A DNA stretch of 62,575 nt, the filler included, from Sphacelaria rigidula (taxonomy: Eukaryota), in NCBI GenBank assembly GCA_964200075.2. It is 10 parts of 10 records of this genome, joined end to end, with 100 filler letters (N's around TTAATTAATTAA, not from the genome) between each part and the next. Parts side by side here need not be neighbours in the genome. Positions count along the whole stretch, not along the records: positions 43,875 to 50,041 come from CAXNAA020021795.1; positions 50,142 to 56,308 come from CAXNAA020021796.1; positions 56,409 to 62,575 come from CAXNAA020021797.1; 7 more parts are not named here. One strand, written 5' to 3'. Below, in pieces: positions 46,721 through 60,400 of this stretch. The stretch's first letter is position 1. Every line of letters starts with the position of its first letter. Made by a program: the position numbers and the translations under genes. A model generated the notes under the pieces. The model saw nothing but the letters and a program-made list of their open reading frames with translations, did not search any database and had not been told where the DNA came from.

Positions 46721-49700
46721 GCAAGTCGACACGGTGTTGCCTGCTTTGTCCACCCAATATTTGCCGTTCTGTAAATTGCAGCGCTTTTGTGAAAATGGAG
46801 AAAATCGTCCATGCAACATATGCTGGAGGGATTTGTGTACGTCGGTTGTTCAGGACGAGCGTTGAACACACATGCACACATGCTGTCGTGTTGGACCCCA
46901 CGTGGGACCCAAGGCTAGTGCGGCGTGTCGTAACATGTCGCCTGTGATGACCAAGAGAAGTCTTCGCCTTGTAGCGAAGCACAGCTGAGCCTACACGCAT
47001 TTCCGTTTCACTCCACCCAGCATTTCAATCACTTTCCAAGTTCACACGTTCAGTAACTCGTGGTGCAAACCACGAGGTGAGGGCGACTGGATGTAAGACG
47101 GAACCAGCTTCATGCACTTCCTCCAACACATCGAGTGGAGTCGATTAGGTTCACGCGGGCTCTCAACCTTGCTCGTTGCCGTTAGCGACGATATTTTTGA
47201 AATCCTCGTCATTGTTTTTGAGAGGAACTCCGTTTTTTTTACGCGGCCGCCTTCATCGGCCAGTGGTCGGAACTGAAGCAGTCGGCCCCGAAATGGTCGT
47301 CTTTTCCGCAGTCCCGAGAAAAGGGGGGAAGGATGGAAGCCGAGAAAATCGTGACAAGGGCAAGAATGTGCAGAAATAGCATTTCGTTTTCGCTTCATCA
47401 TGGAACGAAGATACCTTCGCCTCGTCTGAAAGCATGTCATCATGTTGATGACTACGTTTTAACATGAAAACAGGCAACACTTGTCAAAATTCGGCCCGAA
47501 AACGGTACGAATTGGTCGAAATCGGCCCAAATGTGGTCAAAGTTTACCCACGATATTTCCATCACACCAACTCTGATTATTTTCCTTTCTTCTATGAGCA
47601 CCTCCGTGGCTGCATCGTTGAAACGAATCTACACCCTCCTGCTCAAGATATACGACTCGCGCCCCATAACCGACTTCACTCATGTGTTGAAGGAAGTGCA
47701 TCATTTGGTGGTGTTGCGTCGGTGATTTGGTCATTCTGGGAGACTCTCCGCCTGACAAAAAAGCACACCAATGTTTTGCTTTTGCTGCGGACAGCGTGCG
47801 CTGCCGCTTGAGGCACAGAACATGTGCCCATCAAACGAAATACCAAACTGTAGTCAGCTGTGAAGTGTAGGGAGTTGAGTATGAGATGTGCCGCAGAATT
47901 AGGGGGGGAAAACGACTGAAATCGAATTTTCGGTTACGGTCGGTTGTTCCGCGGCCGCTAAGTGTTGGTGTCGCACAAGTTGTTTTTGTACAAGAGAGTG
48001 CATATCGTACTGTAGACGCACGGTGTCTGATATGGTGCGCAGACGAGCCCCGCAGCGCGCCAAGGCGTCTGGTAGTAGTGTGCGAACCGGTGAGGAGAAA
48101 GCTTGTGAAAAACGTCAAAAGTTTCGGCTGAGGTTGTTGTCTGGAATCAAGTCAACCGGTTTTCTACGGAAGAGGGCGGTTGCGCTGCTCAATTTTGAGT
48201 CTTTCACTATGAAATTTTGAAACGATGTACATGGCTATGTGCAAAGCCCTCACTGTTCTCCCTTCACTTGTTTCCTTGTGAGTTGCCGGTAATTAAAAAA
48301 AAATCACACCCGTTTTCTCGACGAAAAAAAATCTCAACAACTTACTAGAAAAAAAAAGGAGGAAATTAGGGTCTTCGAACATGGCTCATGATATCGTGTC
48401 AATATTTCGCGGAAAACAACCTGAAGTGTAACCACGGTTCAGAGTTCTTTGTTCGCGTCGTGGCTGGATCTCCACATGGGAGCCGGTTTACGACCCGAAA
48501 ATGCGATTTCCCTGCTCAGTTTTCGATCACCTCATGTATACGACGTATGTCGAAGACCCCAAGCAATCAATCTTCCCTCCCCTGTATTTCGTTTCTACGT
48601 GCGTTATTTGCGACGGGAGAGCTCCTGACATCTTATTTAGAATAGAATCGTCGACAAGCCACGGGAAGAAAATAAAATGCAAGGGTGGGAAGATCGGGTC
48701 CTCGCACGTACGTCCTGTACATTGTGTAGAAATTCCAATGAAAAAAACTTCAAGTTGAGCAGGGAAATTGCCTGTCAACATTCAATATTCCTGTTCTGCG
48801 TCTTGGGCGGCTCAGCCTGTTGAGCTGCGGAACAACATTGTGCACATACCAAGTCACAACGAGCTTCTTGATTCATTGCTTATGCTTGTTGGCTCAATGT
48901 GTGAAAACGGACGGCACCGCCGTGTGCAGGCCTTCACTACGGAGGAAAGTCTCAAGTCGAATCATACTGTTGCATGTTCGCGTTTTGAGCCAAATCGTGG
49001 TACGACTTGCGATTCACGTGACGACATGATGATGATCGATCGCTCATGTGAACGTGACAACCGTCACGAGATGGCTACTTGAGCATGGGTGCCAGAGGGA
49101 CAGCGAGTAGCGAGAAATTCTCAACATGCAAGTTTAGGGGGGCGAATGTCCGAAATGTCATCGATTTGTGGTATTGATGGAATATGTCTACATTTCACAG
49201 GGTAGGCAGCAATAATACCTTTGCACTCCCCACTCTGTGAAATGTTGATCGTACATGCACTACGCTTACATGTTTGTATTACACATGACGATTTCACATG
49301 TCGTAGCGAGTAAAAGCCAAGTTTCGTAGCTGGGGTGTACAAAGCTCGAGGTATCCACTTTGATTTTTGGATCAACTGTGTGAGCTCAAAAATTGAAGCT
49401 CGGAATCGGACTTCTTTTCTCAGATGAGTAGAGAAACTCGCCAGGCCGTGTTTTTTCCGTCTGGCAAGAGCAAGAACATGATACATTTGGCGCGAAGTGC
49501 CTAGAGGAGTAATCGTGATGAATAACTCCACAACCAACACCCTAACCCCACGTTAGGCGTTGACGGAGACAAACTTCAAAGCTTTTTAGCTTCGCGTGCT
49601 GTTGAGCTCCATTAGTCCACTTGAAAAACTGGTCAACAATAACCCTCCTGATGAACGAGTTCTTCAGTCCGATTCATCCCGACAACACCAACTTGGGAAT

Positions 49701-49798
49701 TGGGCCCTGAGTACGAGCTGTCTATCTTTTCAGTTTCTCTCGGCCCTGTTGAAGCACTTTTGAGTGGGAAGGAACAACAGTGTGCGGAAAAAATGTAT

Positions 49799-50041
49799 CA
49801 AGGGTCGGACAACTACTTGGTCTGTACATTTCTTGATTTTAGTATAGTATATTTGAATCGTACGAATTAATCCCTAAGCTTTGTTTTCAGCGTTGCACCC
49901 CAGATACACGCAGCCCAAGCCCAGACACGTGGAATGGCGCCAACGTTGCGTGGACACCCCTTGGACTAGCGGCCAACTTTTCTCTCCCTTTTGGGCAATC
50001 AGGCCGAAGAAATCGTGGATTTGGTGATTAGTAGTCGTGAT
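49799..50041 (+). mobile_element. Family B hAT-type MITE, truncated by the contig end
   Basis: CAAGGGTCGGACAAC terminus and internal homology to 3951-4207. Confidence 0.8.
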
Positions 50042-50156
50042 NNNNNNNNNNNNNNNNNNNNNNNNNNNNNNNNNNNNNNNNNNNNTTAATTAATTAANNN
50101 NNNNNNNNNNNNNNNNNNNNNNNNNNNNNNNNNNNNNNNNNGTGTTGGGTGTTGGT

Positions 50157-50173
50157 GGTGGGGGGGGGGGGGT

Positions 50174-50212
<39 letters not shown>
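50157..50212. repeat. Poly-G tract at the contig start
   Basis: Read directly; length may be a sequencing artefact. Confidence 0.9.
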
Positions 50213-50214
<2 letters not shown>

Positions 50215-51292
50215 CATTTTGCGAAAATCGACGATGGTCGGGTATCAAGCGGTGTGTGCTCTGAAAGCGTGTGGACATTTTTCTCCGTGCTAAACGATTG
50301 AATTGAGTGTGGATTCTTCGTCCACCGATTCGAGCCTGAACTCGTTCGGAGGGGGCGCAAACGACAACCCCCAGCCTCACCTTGCAGACAGGAGGTCGTG
50401 TCCATGGCACTCTGCAAGCAAATACTGTGTCTGACCGCAAAGTTGATACTTGATGTAGGGGTTGTGTAAGTAAAGAGCTGCAATACGTTGTGGCGAGACA
50501 AAACAACGACAAAAAATGGTGTAAAAGGTCCACCTCGTTTCTGCCACTGGATGGGTTCATCATTTTTCTAATTCTTCGTGCGCGATGGCCGGGCTTAAAA
50601 ATGATCTTCACTTTATTCAGCTAGAAAGTTGGAGAAAGTCCGTGTTTGCTCCACATGGTTGTAATGCACAACCGTTCGAATCGTGTGCTCAGTGCTTCAA
50701 GGCATGTCGGACATGTATACATTCACGCTCGACGCTTGATATCTTGAGAGGTAGGTGGCCACGGTCGACCGCAGTATCAGGTTATGCTCTTTGATTCCAT
50801 TGGTGCGATGTCGGGCGAGTAGCAGACAGTGATGTACAGGAACGTTGTGTTGGTCTGTTTTGTCACCAAGCCGTCACGTCAGTCTGGCTGATGCAGTTAC
50901 CCGGAAAACAGAGCACTGCTTCAGTTCACGGTAGATTGAAACAACACCAAGCACACAAGTAAGCGGGTGATTGAGAGCCACGGCCCGGGCTATCGACGTT
51001 TGTGTCGTGCGCCGTGTATCTCGTGATCAACATGCACACAGCATTGATGAGGTGGGGGGTGATATCTGCCGTGGTTCATAACATCCGTCTCAGTCTCTTG
51101 CCGCGCTTTGTGGATTTCACCTCGACTCGAAATGAGTGACAGAGAGCAGAAGCAGTAAATAATCATTTTTTTCTTTTCAATCATTTCTTGAAGAAGCAGA
51201 TTCTGAACTGTATAATGATCACGATGTGTTTTTTTAACATATGCCTTGCCGTCATCAAAACTATGGCGGCTTTTGTGATTCGAACCGTGCAG

Positions 51293-51524
51293 GATGCCGA
51301 GCAAGTCATCGCGCGAAATGAACCGGCTTCCCCGAGAGCTGGAATATCTAATACTGGGAGATGACTTCAACGCCGACGTTGTGGGCCAGCGCATCTACTT
51401 TCCGGGGGCGCTCAAGAGGCTCACGTTTGGCTCGGGATTCAACCGACCTCTGCCAGGCATATCGTTTCCGCGTCACCTGCAGCACCTGACCTTTGGTACT
51501 GCGTTCAACCAAGCTATCCACAAG
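51293..51524 (+). CDS. FNIP-repeat protein exon
   Basis: LPRELEYLILGDDFN / FPGALKRLTFGSGFNRPL / FPRHLQHLTFGTAFNQAI are 22-aa P.SL..L.FG..FNQ.I repeats; GCAG acceptor and AAG|GTGACG donor. Confidence 0.88.
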
Positions 51525-51778
51525 GTGACGGCAGGTGTTTTGGTTATGCATCAGACCTGCGGTAAGCAATTTTTTTCTTGGAGCATGTTGAAGGTTGCAA
51601 GGTTGCTTCCGAGTGGGTACTTCCGTGCCGTCCATTCGTGTTCTGTAGAACGATCACCAACGCGAACCCCGCTCGGCCCCTTGTCACGCCTATCTCTCAC
51701 GCCCGGATCAAACGTGAACGGTACCATGTGTTGTTCACCTTACCCCTGCGCGGTTGAACACGCGGTTGACTGTCTCAG

Positions 51779-51910
51779 GCAAGGTGGCCTGAGTCCCTTC
51801 AGCGTCTGGAGTTTGGACATGCATTTGATCAGTGCATCGATGAAGTCGTGTGGCCTCGCTCGCTGCAAATGCTGAGGCTTGGAGACTCCTTCAATCACCC
51901 GGTCGATACG
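51779..51910 (+). CDS. FNIP-repeat protein exon (exactly two repeats)
   Basis: ARWPESLQRLEFGHAFDQCIDE VVWPRSLQMLRLGDSFNHPVDT; 132 bp, phase 0/0; TCAG acceptor and GTGAGC donor. Confidence 0.88.
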
Positions 51911-53131
51911 GTGAGCCTATAATAAATAAGCAGCGCTGATATTGTGTGCAGATGGATACGCGTCAGTGCGAATGCTCCTTGAATACAGTAAGTGAAGCTT
52001 GTCGCGGAAGCCATGGCGGCAGGAAACGTCGTCTGCGTCTTCAATGTAGTATACTGAGATTGTCGAGTACCTGAACGCGGGACGATATCTACGTGAGAAA
52101 CATGTACGACAGGTATCAGCTGCAACCCAGCGAAAATCCCTTCCTCAATTGGGAGAGGGGGCACGACGAAGTGCGAGCACTTAAAAAAGCTTCTGGACGC
52201 GTGCTACCAAATACACCCCCGATATCCCTACGCAACACGGGATTGAGTGTTGGGTATCACGCACAGCAGAGGTTCGAGTTGTAGATACGGATCCAGTTGG
52301 CGTTACCTTGCGCCCGTACCTGTTTCCAGTTTTGTCGGCTCTACTATGACCCAATGCTCTTGCGAGCTCGGCCTGGTCAATGTTTGCGATAGTATCATGA
52401 AGCGATAACGGCATGCATAGATAACCATGATAGCATAAACTGAAATCATGAGACAGCATGGATTTTAATACCTCATGGGCGAAGCAGCGGAAGCAACGGG
52501 ATGAATGTCGAGCCTCCGCGCAAACGAGACCCTGCAGCAGGAATAGCATGGAACGCAACATCTTGTAGGCCTACTTGATACCCATCCCCCTCCCCCCTTC
52601 CCCTCGAGGCAAATGTGGATACGTCAAAGGGGAGGATAGTGGCTCGAAAGAATTGCAGAGATAGTTTACCAGAGATGAAGTGAAGGAGTGCGTAGCTAAA
52701 TTCAAGAACAGAAAGGCTGCAGGGGCAGACGAAAAAGTGAATGAATTTCTGAAGTACGGGGAAGAAGGAATGATTTCCACGATGGTTCTGCTATATAAGT
52801 GGATCTGGGAAAACGAGTACACACCCAAGAGTTGGAGAGAAGGAGAAGTCGTCAACCTTTTCAAAAAAAAGACGAGGCTGACCCAGGAAATTATAGAGGG
52901 ATAAAGCTACTGAGCACGGTAGGGAAAACATTCTGTAGGATTCTGAACGATAGAGTAGGATAGATGCCTGAAAAAGAAGACAAAATCAGCGAGGGACAAG
53001 CAGGATTTAGACCAAACCGTGGTTGCGTGGACCATGTGGACACCATTGAGTGAGATTATTCAGGGTAGGGAAGACACCGGGCTGGCAACGTACTGTTTCT
53101 TTCTGGACGTGTAAAAGGCTCATGACATAGT

Positions 53132-54960
53132 TAGAGGTGCTAATCGGGGCAAAAAAAGTGTCTGGGCTGTTCGAGGAAATCACAACGACCACAGACAAGA
53201 ATTCCCCTTTTCCTTTTTCGCCCTGGGATGCTCCGCCCAAATACACTTGTTTCTACAATCCAATCTCTTTACGGCTTGATCGCAGGCGCAAGCACTGCCC
53301 TCCCTGTTCACACCCTACACCCTGTTGCTGATCATCCATACGCACCCGATAGCAGTGGCCTTGTCCTCCTGCTTTGAAGGCGAAACCTCTGGACCTGAAA
53401 AAAACATATTATTTGGATATAATTTCCGGCTTACTGATCTGACTGCGGGACGTGCCCTGGAATGGCCACTGCAGTGTGATGCATTGGGGTTGGGAGCACC
53501 CAACGCAACAATCGGCACTCGAATCGCACACGTAACCGTGGAGAACCGCCCGGATTAAACTTAACAATCGATGGAGTACGTCCTGGGCAACGCACCATCC
53601 CCGATAAATTCAAGTGGAGAAATAATCACAGCCGAGAGGGGCTCGGGCAGAAACGTCGGGGTGCAGATCTGAATCGATCGCGGAGTAACTTTATTTCAGT
53701 GCATACGAATGTGCAACTATAATACCCTCAGACATTTTCTGCTGAGGAAAGTCTCGTTGTGTACACAGCCGCACAAGAAACCCAAGGTAAAAAACATTGC
53801 GTGTACTGGAGAAGACAATGTCATGGTGACCGAATAGTGCTCTCCTCTTCATCCGTGGTGTTGATTGTATTGTTGGTACCGCCATGTTCGCCGTACCGCA
53901 TCTACAGCCTCCGTCCGCTGCGACTTGAGCTTGCACGTTGGGAATACGCCGACAAATGTCTCTCACACTCCACTCAACCCAGGGTCAGGCATATGTCGTA
54001 TCGCCTTACTCTCCACTTATGAGTGCAAAACCCAGATGACCTAAACAGAGGGTCGGAGAGTTCAACTTTGAAGCCGTTTTTTTGTGGGAAGAGGCGACCG
54101 TCCCCAGATATTCTGACTTGAAAAATGAACACAAGACATCATCCTGGTGATCGAGCGTCACTTTCGGAGCGGGCGGCAAGAGTGACGATCTCCAAAGTAG
54201 TAATCCGATACTCGACGATTCCCACAGAAGAAGGAAGAAATGCGGCGGGGGGCACAGAGAAGATAGCGTTGTACTGTACTGTACTGTACTGTACTGTACT
54301 GTACTGTACTGTACTGTACTGCGCTGCGCTGTACTGATTGTACTGTGCTGCACGGTGCACTTCGGCTTTGTCTATTTACACAGAGAGCAGCCACCTCATG
54401 ATGGGCTAGCTGTGTTTGTTGTGGGATATCTATTTACTTAACAAATGAATACCCACCGCAACCCGAAAACCTTTTGCTGCAACTGGACGCAGGAAGGAAT
54501 AACGGTGTCGGAGAGTTTGGTCCAGTCTGATCCTTGATGATTCCCATAGACGAACGGAACGAATGCTACGGGTGGGAGAAAGAAGACAACCCTGTACTGT
54601 AATGTAAATCATTCCACCACTGTACACTACTGTGCGTTTTCGATCGGCTTTGTCTCGACCTATGTAGAGGGGCACCCCCAGGGCTGGTCATCTGTGTTGC
54701 ATTGTCACAGTTTCGACGTGTAAATGAATGATGAACAGACCGTACCAGCGATGCGATGTAGCAGGGATGTGTGCGTGTCATGGGTGCAGATGGCCTTCTG
54801 CGCTTCTTTTCCCAACCGACCGGGCGGCCCATTCGCTTCTTCGCCGATCGACTGGGCGTATCCTTCCCATTTCATTGGCTTGTGCGATTTTCCGTGGGGA
54901 AGATCCCGGACACTTTTTGCAAAAATTTCCCATATATTTTCGCCCCGATAAGCATGTCTA
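53132..54960. mobile_element. 1829-bp non-autonomous TIR element inserted in the LINE RT
   Basis: TIR TAGAGGTGCTAATCGGGGCAAAA / TTTTCGCCCCGATAAGCATGTCTA; flanks ATAGT / TTAGT. Removing it restores the RT reading KAHDIVWRK. Confidence 0.85.
54270..54350. repeat. (TACTG)n pentanucleotide microsatellite
   Basis: Read directly. Confidence 0.95.
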
Positions 54961-57277
54961 TTAGTGTGGAGAAAGGGGTTGTGGAAAAAGTTGCGGGAAG
55001 CTGGGATTAGAGAAAAGATGTGGAGAATGGTGAAGAAGACGACAGAAAATGCCAAAAGTGCCATAGTGCTAGACGGGGAAATATCGAAATATTTTGATAT
55101 CTTATAAGACGTTGCACAAGGATGTACGCTATCACCTACTTTGTTGAAGATGTTAATGACTTGATAAAAGTAATAGAAGCAGCAAAGCAAGGGGTCAAGG
55201 TGGGTGAAGATATGATATCAGGGTTGATATTCGCGGATGATTTCGTGGGGATTTCAGGAACAGCAGAAGGATTACAGAAACAGATAGACAAGGCGCTAGA
55301 ATACACTAGTAAATTGAGAGTGACAGCGAATGTTAACAAATGCGCGGTACTCGTCTGTAATGAAGATAAAAAAATCCGGTAGAATTCAAATGGAAGTGGG
55401 GGCAAGAGGAACTGCCGATCGTAGACCAGTATACATATCTTGGCGTAGAGATCTCAAGAAACTGTTCTCGGGATGCACACATAAACAAAGTAATAGAAAA
55501 GGGTAAGGCACAAATAGGAAGGATGGGCGTGACCCTCAGAGGCCCGCACCGAGGCACTAGGATTAAGAGATGTATCCTGATGAAAGTGATCGTACCATAG
55601 CTGGAATATGCAGGAGAAGTATGGGAGGGGAACGCGAAGTTGGTGGAGAGGTTGGAAACAGTACAGATGGCAGCAGCTAAGAAAATACTTGGATGCTCGA
55701 AAATGACGAGGCATGCAGCATCAAGAGCAGAGTTGGGGATGTACTCACTTAAGACAAACAGAGACGTGAGGAAATGGCGATGGTAATATAGCGTAAAGAA
55801 GATGCGGAGAAAGAGATGCCAGTTATAGTTGATAGGGCTGTATGGAAGAAGATTACAAAAGGGAATGCTGGAATAAGGTGGGATATAGAAATCGAGAAAG
55901 TATGGAAAGAGATAGGAGGAAGCCAAGACGAAATACTGCCCATAGATGGAAGGCGCGGGATGCAAGACGAAAGTAAGAGGTATGAAGGAAATAATGGGAA
56001 AAGGAGCGCTCAGACGCAAAGTAGATGAGGAATAACACCTGTAGATATGCGGGGGGGTGAGAGAGGGGATAGGGATGAGAGCATATTTGCATGGCCCGCT
56101 GCGAAAAAATTGAAACTGCGATTTCGGGTGGGAGACCTGGACCTACCAGAAAGAAGAAAGAGATACAGCAGTCGTCGTGTGGAGGAGGAAGTAGATAGAC
56201 AGAATTGCCCCTGTGGCAAAGCAATAGAGAGCAGAAGTCACATAGTGGCAGTATGTGAACTACACAAGAAGGAACGACGTGCTAGAGGGGGTAATGCGGG
56301 ACGTGAACNNNNNNNNNNNNNNNNNNNNNNNNNNNNNNNNNNNNNNNNNNNNTTAATTAATTAANNNNNNNNNNNNNNNNNNNNNNNNNNNNNNNNNNNN
56401 NNNNNNNNCCCTTCTTTGCCCTGTGTTGCTGTCGCACAGTTTACCCCCCCCCACCTTGACCCCAGGTCACTTTGTTCCGCCATCCGCTGGCGACCTCTCG
56501 CTCGGACCATGGAGCTCAACTTTCTCCTTCTGCTGCCGACCTTCTTCACAACCCTTCAGCGCCTTCCGCTCCTGGAGCCTTTTTCATGAATATTCGACGT
56601 CTCCATTCCACGCTGCAGGAGTTTGCTGGAGTTTGCTTCTTTTTTTTTCCCATGCTATTGTTCTGCCTTCCTGGCTATACCGGACCTTCGGAGTCCTGGC
56701 GTCGCTCCCTTCATCCCCTTTTCTGTTGCGCCGCCACTTAGCCGGCATTGTGCTACTATTGCGTTTTGCCACCTGGTTTGGCTAGCGCGGCTAAACATGT
56801 TTGGTTTTTCCGTAGACTTCGCTAGCCCGCAGTAAGCATTGTGTGCTTCTGCGCCGTCAAGCGTGCTTACGCTTTCCGTAGCAGTTTCCGCTTTCTTTTT
56901 GTCGTTCGTGGGTTGGGAAAGTCGGGCTTGTTGCCCTCTGCGTCTTGAATGCTGTTATTTTTCTTGTCTTTTCATGACTTACGAGGAGAAAACCTCTATC
57001 TTCGCTGCTTTCTGGGGTTCTTTCGTCGCAACTGCGATAGAGGTCCGTCTGGAGAGGCGAATGTCATGAAGACAAGCAGCATCGAGTCTTGAATGCACGA
57101 ATCTTGGCTGACGGGTCTGATCGGAGGGTCAGATATAGTATGTACACCTATAAAAAGGGTAGGAGTAACAGCTCTCGTACACACGTCGGCACTGTTCTGA
57201 GCAACCAGGAGCTATCAACATCTGACTATCATCCGATTGGTGAGCCACAAGCGTGGAAGAGCATTGAGCAAGAAGGA

Positions 57278-57428
57278 AAAGCATTCTATAAACAAGAGCC
57301 TTGGGTCAAGCAGACATCAACCTATTGTGCGTGAACCCCTCACGAGTTATGCCGCAGACTTCGTGAAAGCATACTATAAACAAGAGCCTTGAGTCGAGTA
57401 GACATCAACCTATTGTGTGTGAACCCCT
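57278..57428 (+). repeat. Direct duplication of a ~63-bp block, 88-bp period
   Basis: AAAGCAT.CTATAAACAAGAGCCTTG.GTC.AG.AGACATCAACCTATTGTG.GTGAACCCCT occurs twice. Confidence 0.85.
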
Positions 57429-60400
57429 TCCCGACTCGTGCGGCGCGGACCTTGTGACACTGATACAGAAGGCGGACACGTTCTACTGCGTGTTGCTTTT
57501 CGTATTTACAAAACCGATACACAAATGAAAGTCTGGAAATAAACTGAATGATATGTTGGGTGGAACTGTAAGCAGGCACAAGAATATGTGGTGTGTTGAG
57601 TAATTATTTTTTTGAGTAGTAGGGTATGTGGTACTGTGTTTAGTATTACGTGTTTTCCTTGATTTTTGCGAAGACAAGATACACAGATGTGACCAATGGC
57701 GAATACAGCTAGCATGGTTCATGGATCACCCCGTATACCTGAGCGAATTCGCACCCAATTTGTGCGAGGGATAGCACGACTTGGCTCCCAATAATGCTCA
57801 GTACGCTGTACACTCGAATTATATCTGAAGAGGTATTTATTTCGTGGGAATTTCTTTGCTACGCACCGTCTTCTCCCTTATCCAGCATACACCATGTTTT
57901 CAATTTTTCAATTTTCGTCACGCACTGTTATCTCCAGTTGTTTTGCTGCTGCTGCTGCTGTTGCTGCAAGAAAAAATGTTCTCAAATGCAACTACTGGGG
58001 CTCGCAACGCGTGTGAACTACTATATGTCACACACAACACTCAGCGAACATAGATCCGCCCTCTTGACGGCAACAGTCAAGGTCGAATTATTTGTTGCCG
58101 AAGATTTGTCCTTTTCAACCTTTTTCTTTTCCTTCGCCACGGCCAGCCTCGGGTTCGCTTACCCATGGCATCTCGTAGTGTTGGACAAGATTCGCGGTGT
58201 TGCTGTCCGCGTCATACCTCACCACCTTGCAACATGTTGCAACATGTATGTTTATTGAGCAGCCATTGACTCCTGCGGCGTGCGAAAATTGATGCTGCAT
58301 TCTCGATCGACAGGTGACGGGAGAAATGCCGGAACTGTCGAAAACTCTAAAAATAATACGATTCTGTCACGGTTACCTCCATGCCGATCTGGGCTTATAG
58401 TATGAATCTCGCGCCAAACGATGCTTCTCTATGGAGGCAAGATGACCTCGTGAGCTCTCCCATGTCTTCGAGCAACTGTCGTCTCTTGCGTCACGCGAAA
58501 ATCGATTTCACGTTCTCATACGAACGTACAAATGTCGAACCTGCTGCAGATCCTGACTTGAATACGATCTTGCCACGGTAATCTTTACACCGATTGGTCA
58601 CCCCTTGATCGATAGATTCTCACAAGCTGATCTCAGCCCACAGTGCGAACATCGCGCCACTTGGTGCATCTATGTAAACACTATGTTTTCGTGAGCTACC
58701 CATTGTCATTTGCGTAGCTATCGTCTCCCTCGGCACGCGAAAATCGATTTTGCACTCACAGATAGTCTGCCGTAGATGCTATGTTACATACACACCTGTT
58801 AGGGTTGAGTTGTTCCACCTGGCGATCCGCAGGTCGAGCGCAATTCAAGCCCACATGCATCCTTCGTGCAGTACGACACCATCACGGATCGCCTGGCTGG
58901 CACATACGCCTTTTACGGCCCTTCAATATGTTGAGAAGCGTCAGGTACCCTCTACACGCCTGGCAGCCTTTCGGGTCGCTCAAACATGTCCTACTGCAAA
59001 ATAACGGAGATCAGGGCTTCCGCAACTGGACAACAGCACCCAAAGAAGACACAATGATTGTACAGCCATCACGTGACTCTTGCAGTTTTGATCAGGGGAA
59101 CAGCACTCTAATCCCACCACGATTCTGTACGGACCGGAACACAGCAGCAGTACAGCAGCTCAGGTAATATGAAGCGCACATCAAGCCGTCCCCGCAGGTT
59201 CAGTACCTTATAGTGGATATGGGCACGAAGCGCCCTACTTGTTTCTTCAACGAAGACCTAACAACCAGCATTCTGTGGCACTTTCGATAGTGTGTGGAAA
59301 GGGGCTCAGTGCTGAGTGCAATTATCGTACCGACTGCGACACAACAACACTACAGAAGTTCGGGCAATCCCCGGCGCATATCAAATCGTCTTCGCAGGGT
59401 TCAAGCGCACCAACCGGAAGTGTCAGCTACAGCACAGGAAGGACGGGTTTGGGACGAAGCGGCTTCTTCGCTGCGAAAGACACAGCGTCCGACAAACACA
59501 TCATGGCACCTCTCCAACTTTCACAAGACAGCACTGCGTGTCGACTACAACGATTTTGTACACAGCAGAGCACAACTATACAGCATCTCTGGCAACCTTG
59601 GCGGAGACCAAACCGTCTTTACAAGGTCGAAATAGACCACTGTACAGTGGCCGCTACAACACATGAGAGCATGAATATGCCTGTGTTACAGTACAGGAAA
59701 ATGCTATTCGCCGTACTTGAGCTTTTCGCACGATTTTCAGCAGCTCCTTTATTCCGGTTGGGTGTTCAAAATGGGATGCTCACTTTGATCAGCAACTCGT
59801 CCACTGACCACAATTAAAAAACGTTGGGGGGCCACTTTTGTCTAAAATCGTTACCGATTTTGTTTCATAAGATGTGTCCTTTCGCATTTCGTTCAAAATC
59901 GGGCGCAGTTTCGATTTTCAACGGATCCCATATAAGTTGGTAGCGATTGTTTTTACAGCAAAATAGCACAGAAGTTATATGCAGTTTGAGATCAGCAACG
60001 GCGACGAAACTCGTCGAGTTGATATGTCTGAATACCGTCTATTGTACGGTAGGGCGAAGGAGGAATGCAAAGAAGAGGATGAAAATACGAAACACTTCCA
60101 TCGTACATCAACTGTTTCCCCTCAGGTCGTGTCTCAACCCTCTTATCCACAGGGTGAGCCATCTGAGTTCCAGATAGATTCAGCTTCCAAGTGAAAATGA
60201 TGGTCAACAGGCGACCTACTGTGGTCGTAATAATTGAGTGCACGTAAATCCAGGCACTCCGGGAGGACCTCCACGATGGCGCAGAGGGAGTCAATCGAGT
60301 AAAAGCCCGTAGGCAGAATCCTTGATGTATATTTATTCATTGATACATATTATATATTGACGAAGTGGAACAGACTGGAACGAACTGGGACGAACAGAAC

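Larger units (their letters stand above)
52610..56308 (+). mobile_element. Decayed non-LTR retrotransposon (LINE) reverse transcriptase, split by an insertion at 53132-54960
   Basis: KAAGAD, P.SWREG.V..LFKK, NYRGI.LLS..GK, QAGFRPNR, FLDV*KAHD|VWR.GLW.KL, VAQGCTLSP, LIFADD, YTYLGV, and C-terminal CPCG..ESRSHIV..C. Many stops and frameshifts. Confidence 0.95.

Noticed and set aside
36534..51910. Functional cluster of the deiodinase-like, LHC and FNIP genes
   Set aside because: They lie on different contigs separated by artificial linkers.
54006..54394. STVQY/CTVLY repeat proteins, and similar poly-P, poly-W, poly-A and poly-H ORFs elsewhere
   Set aside because: These are translations of microsatellites.
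59239..59817. 192-aa ORF and overlapping ORFs
   Set aside because: No motif, non-ATG start and no convincing exon boundaries.
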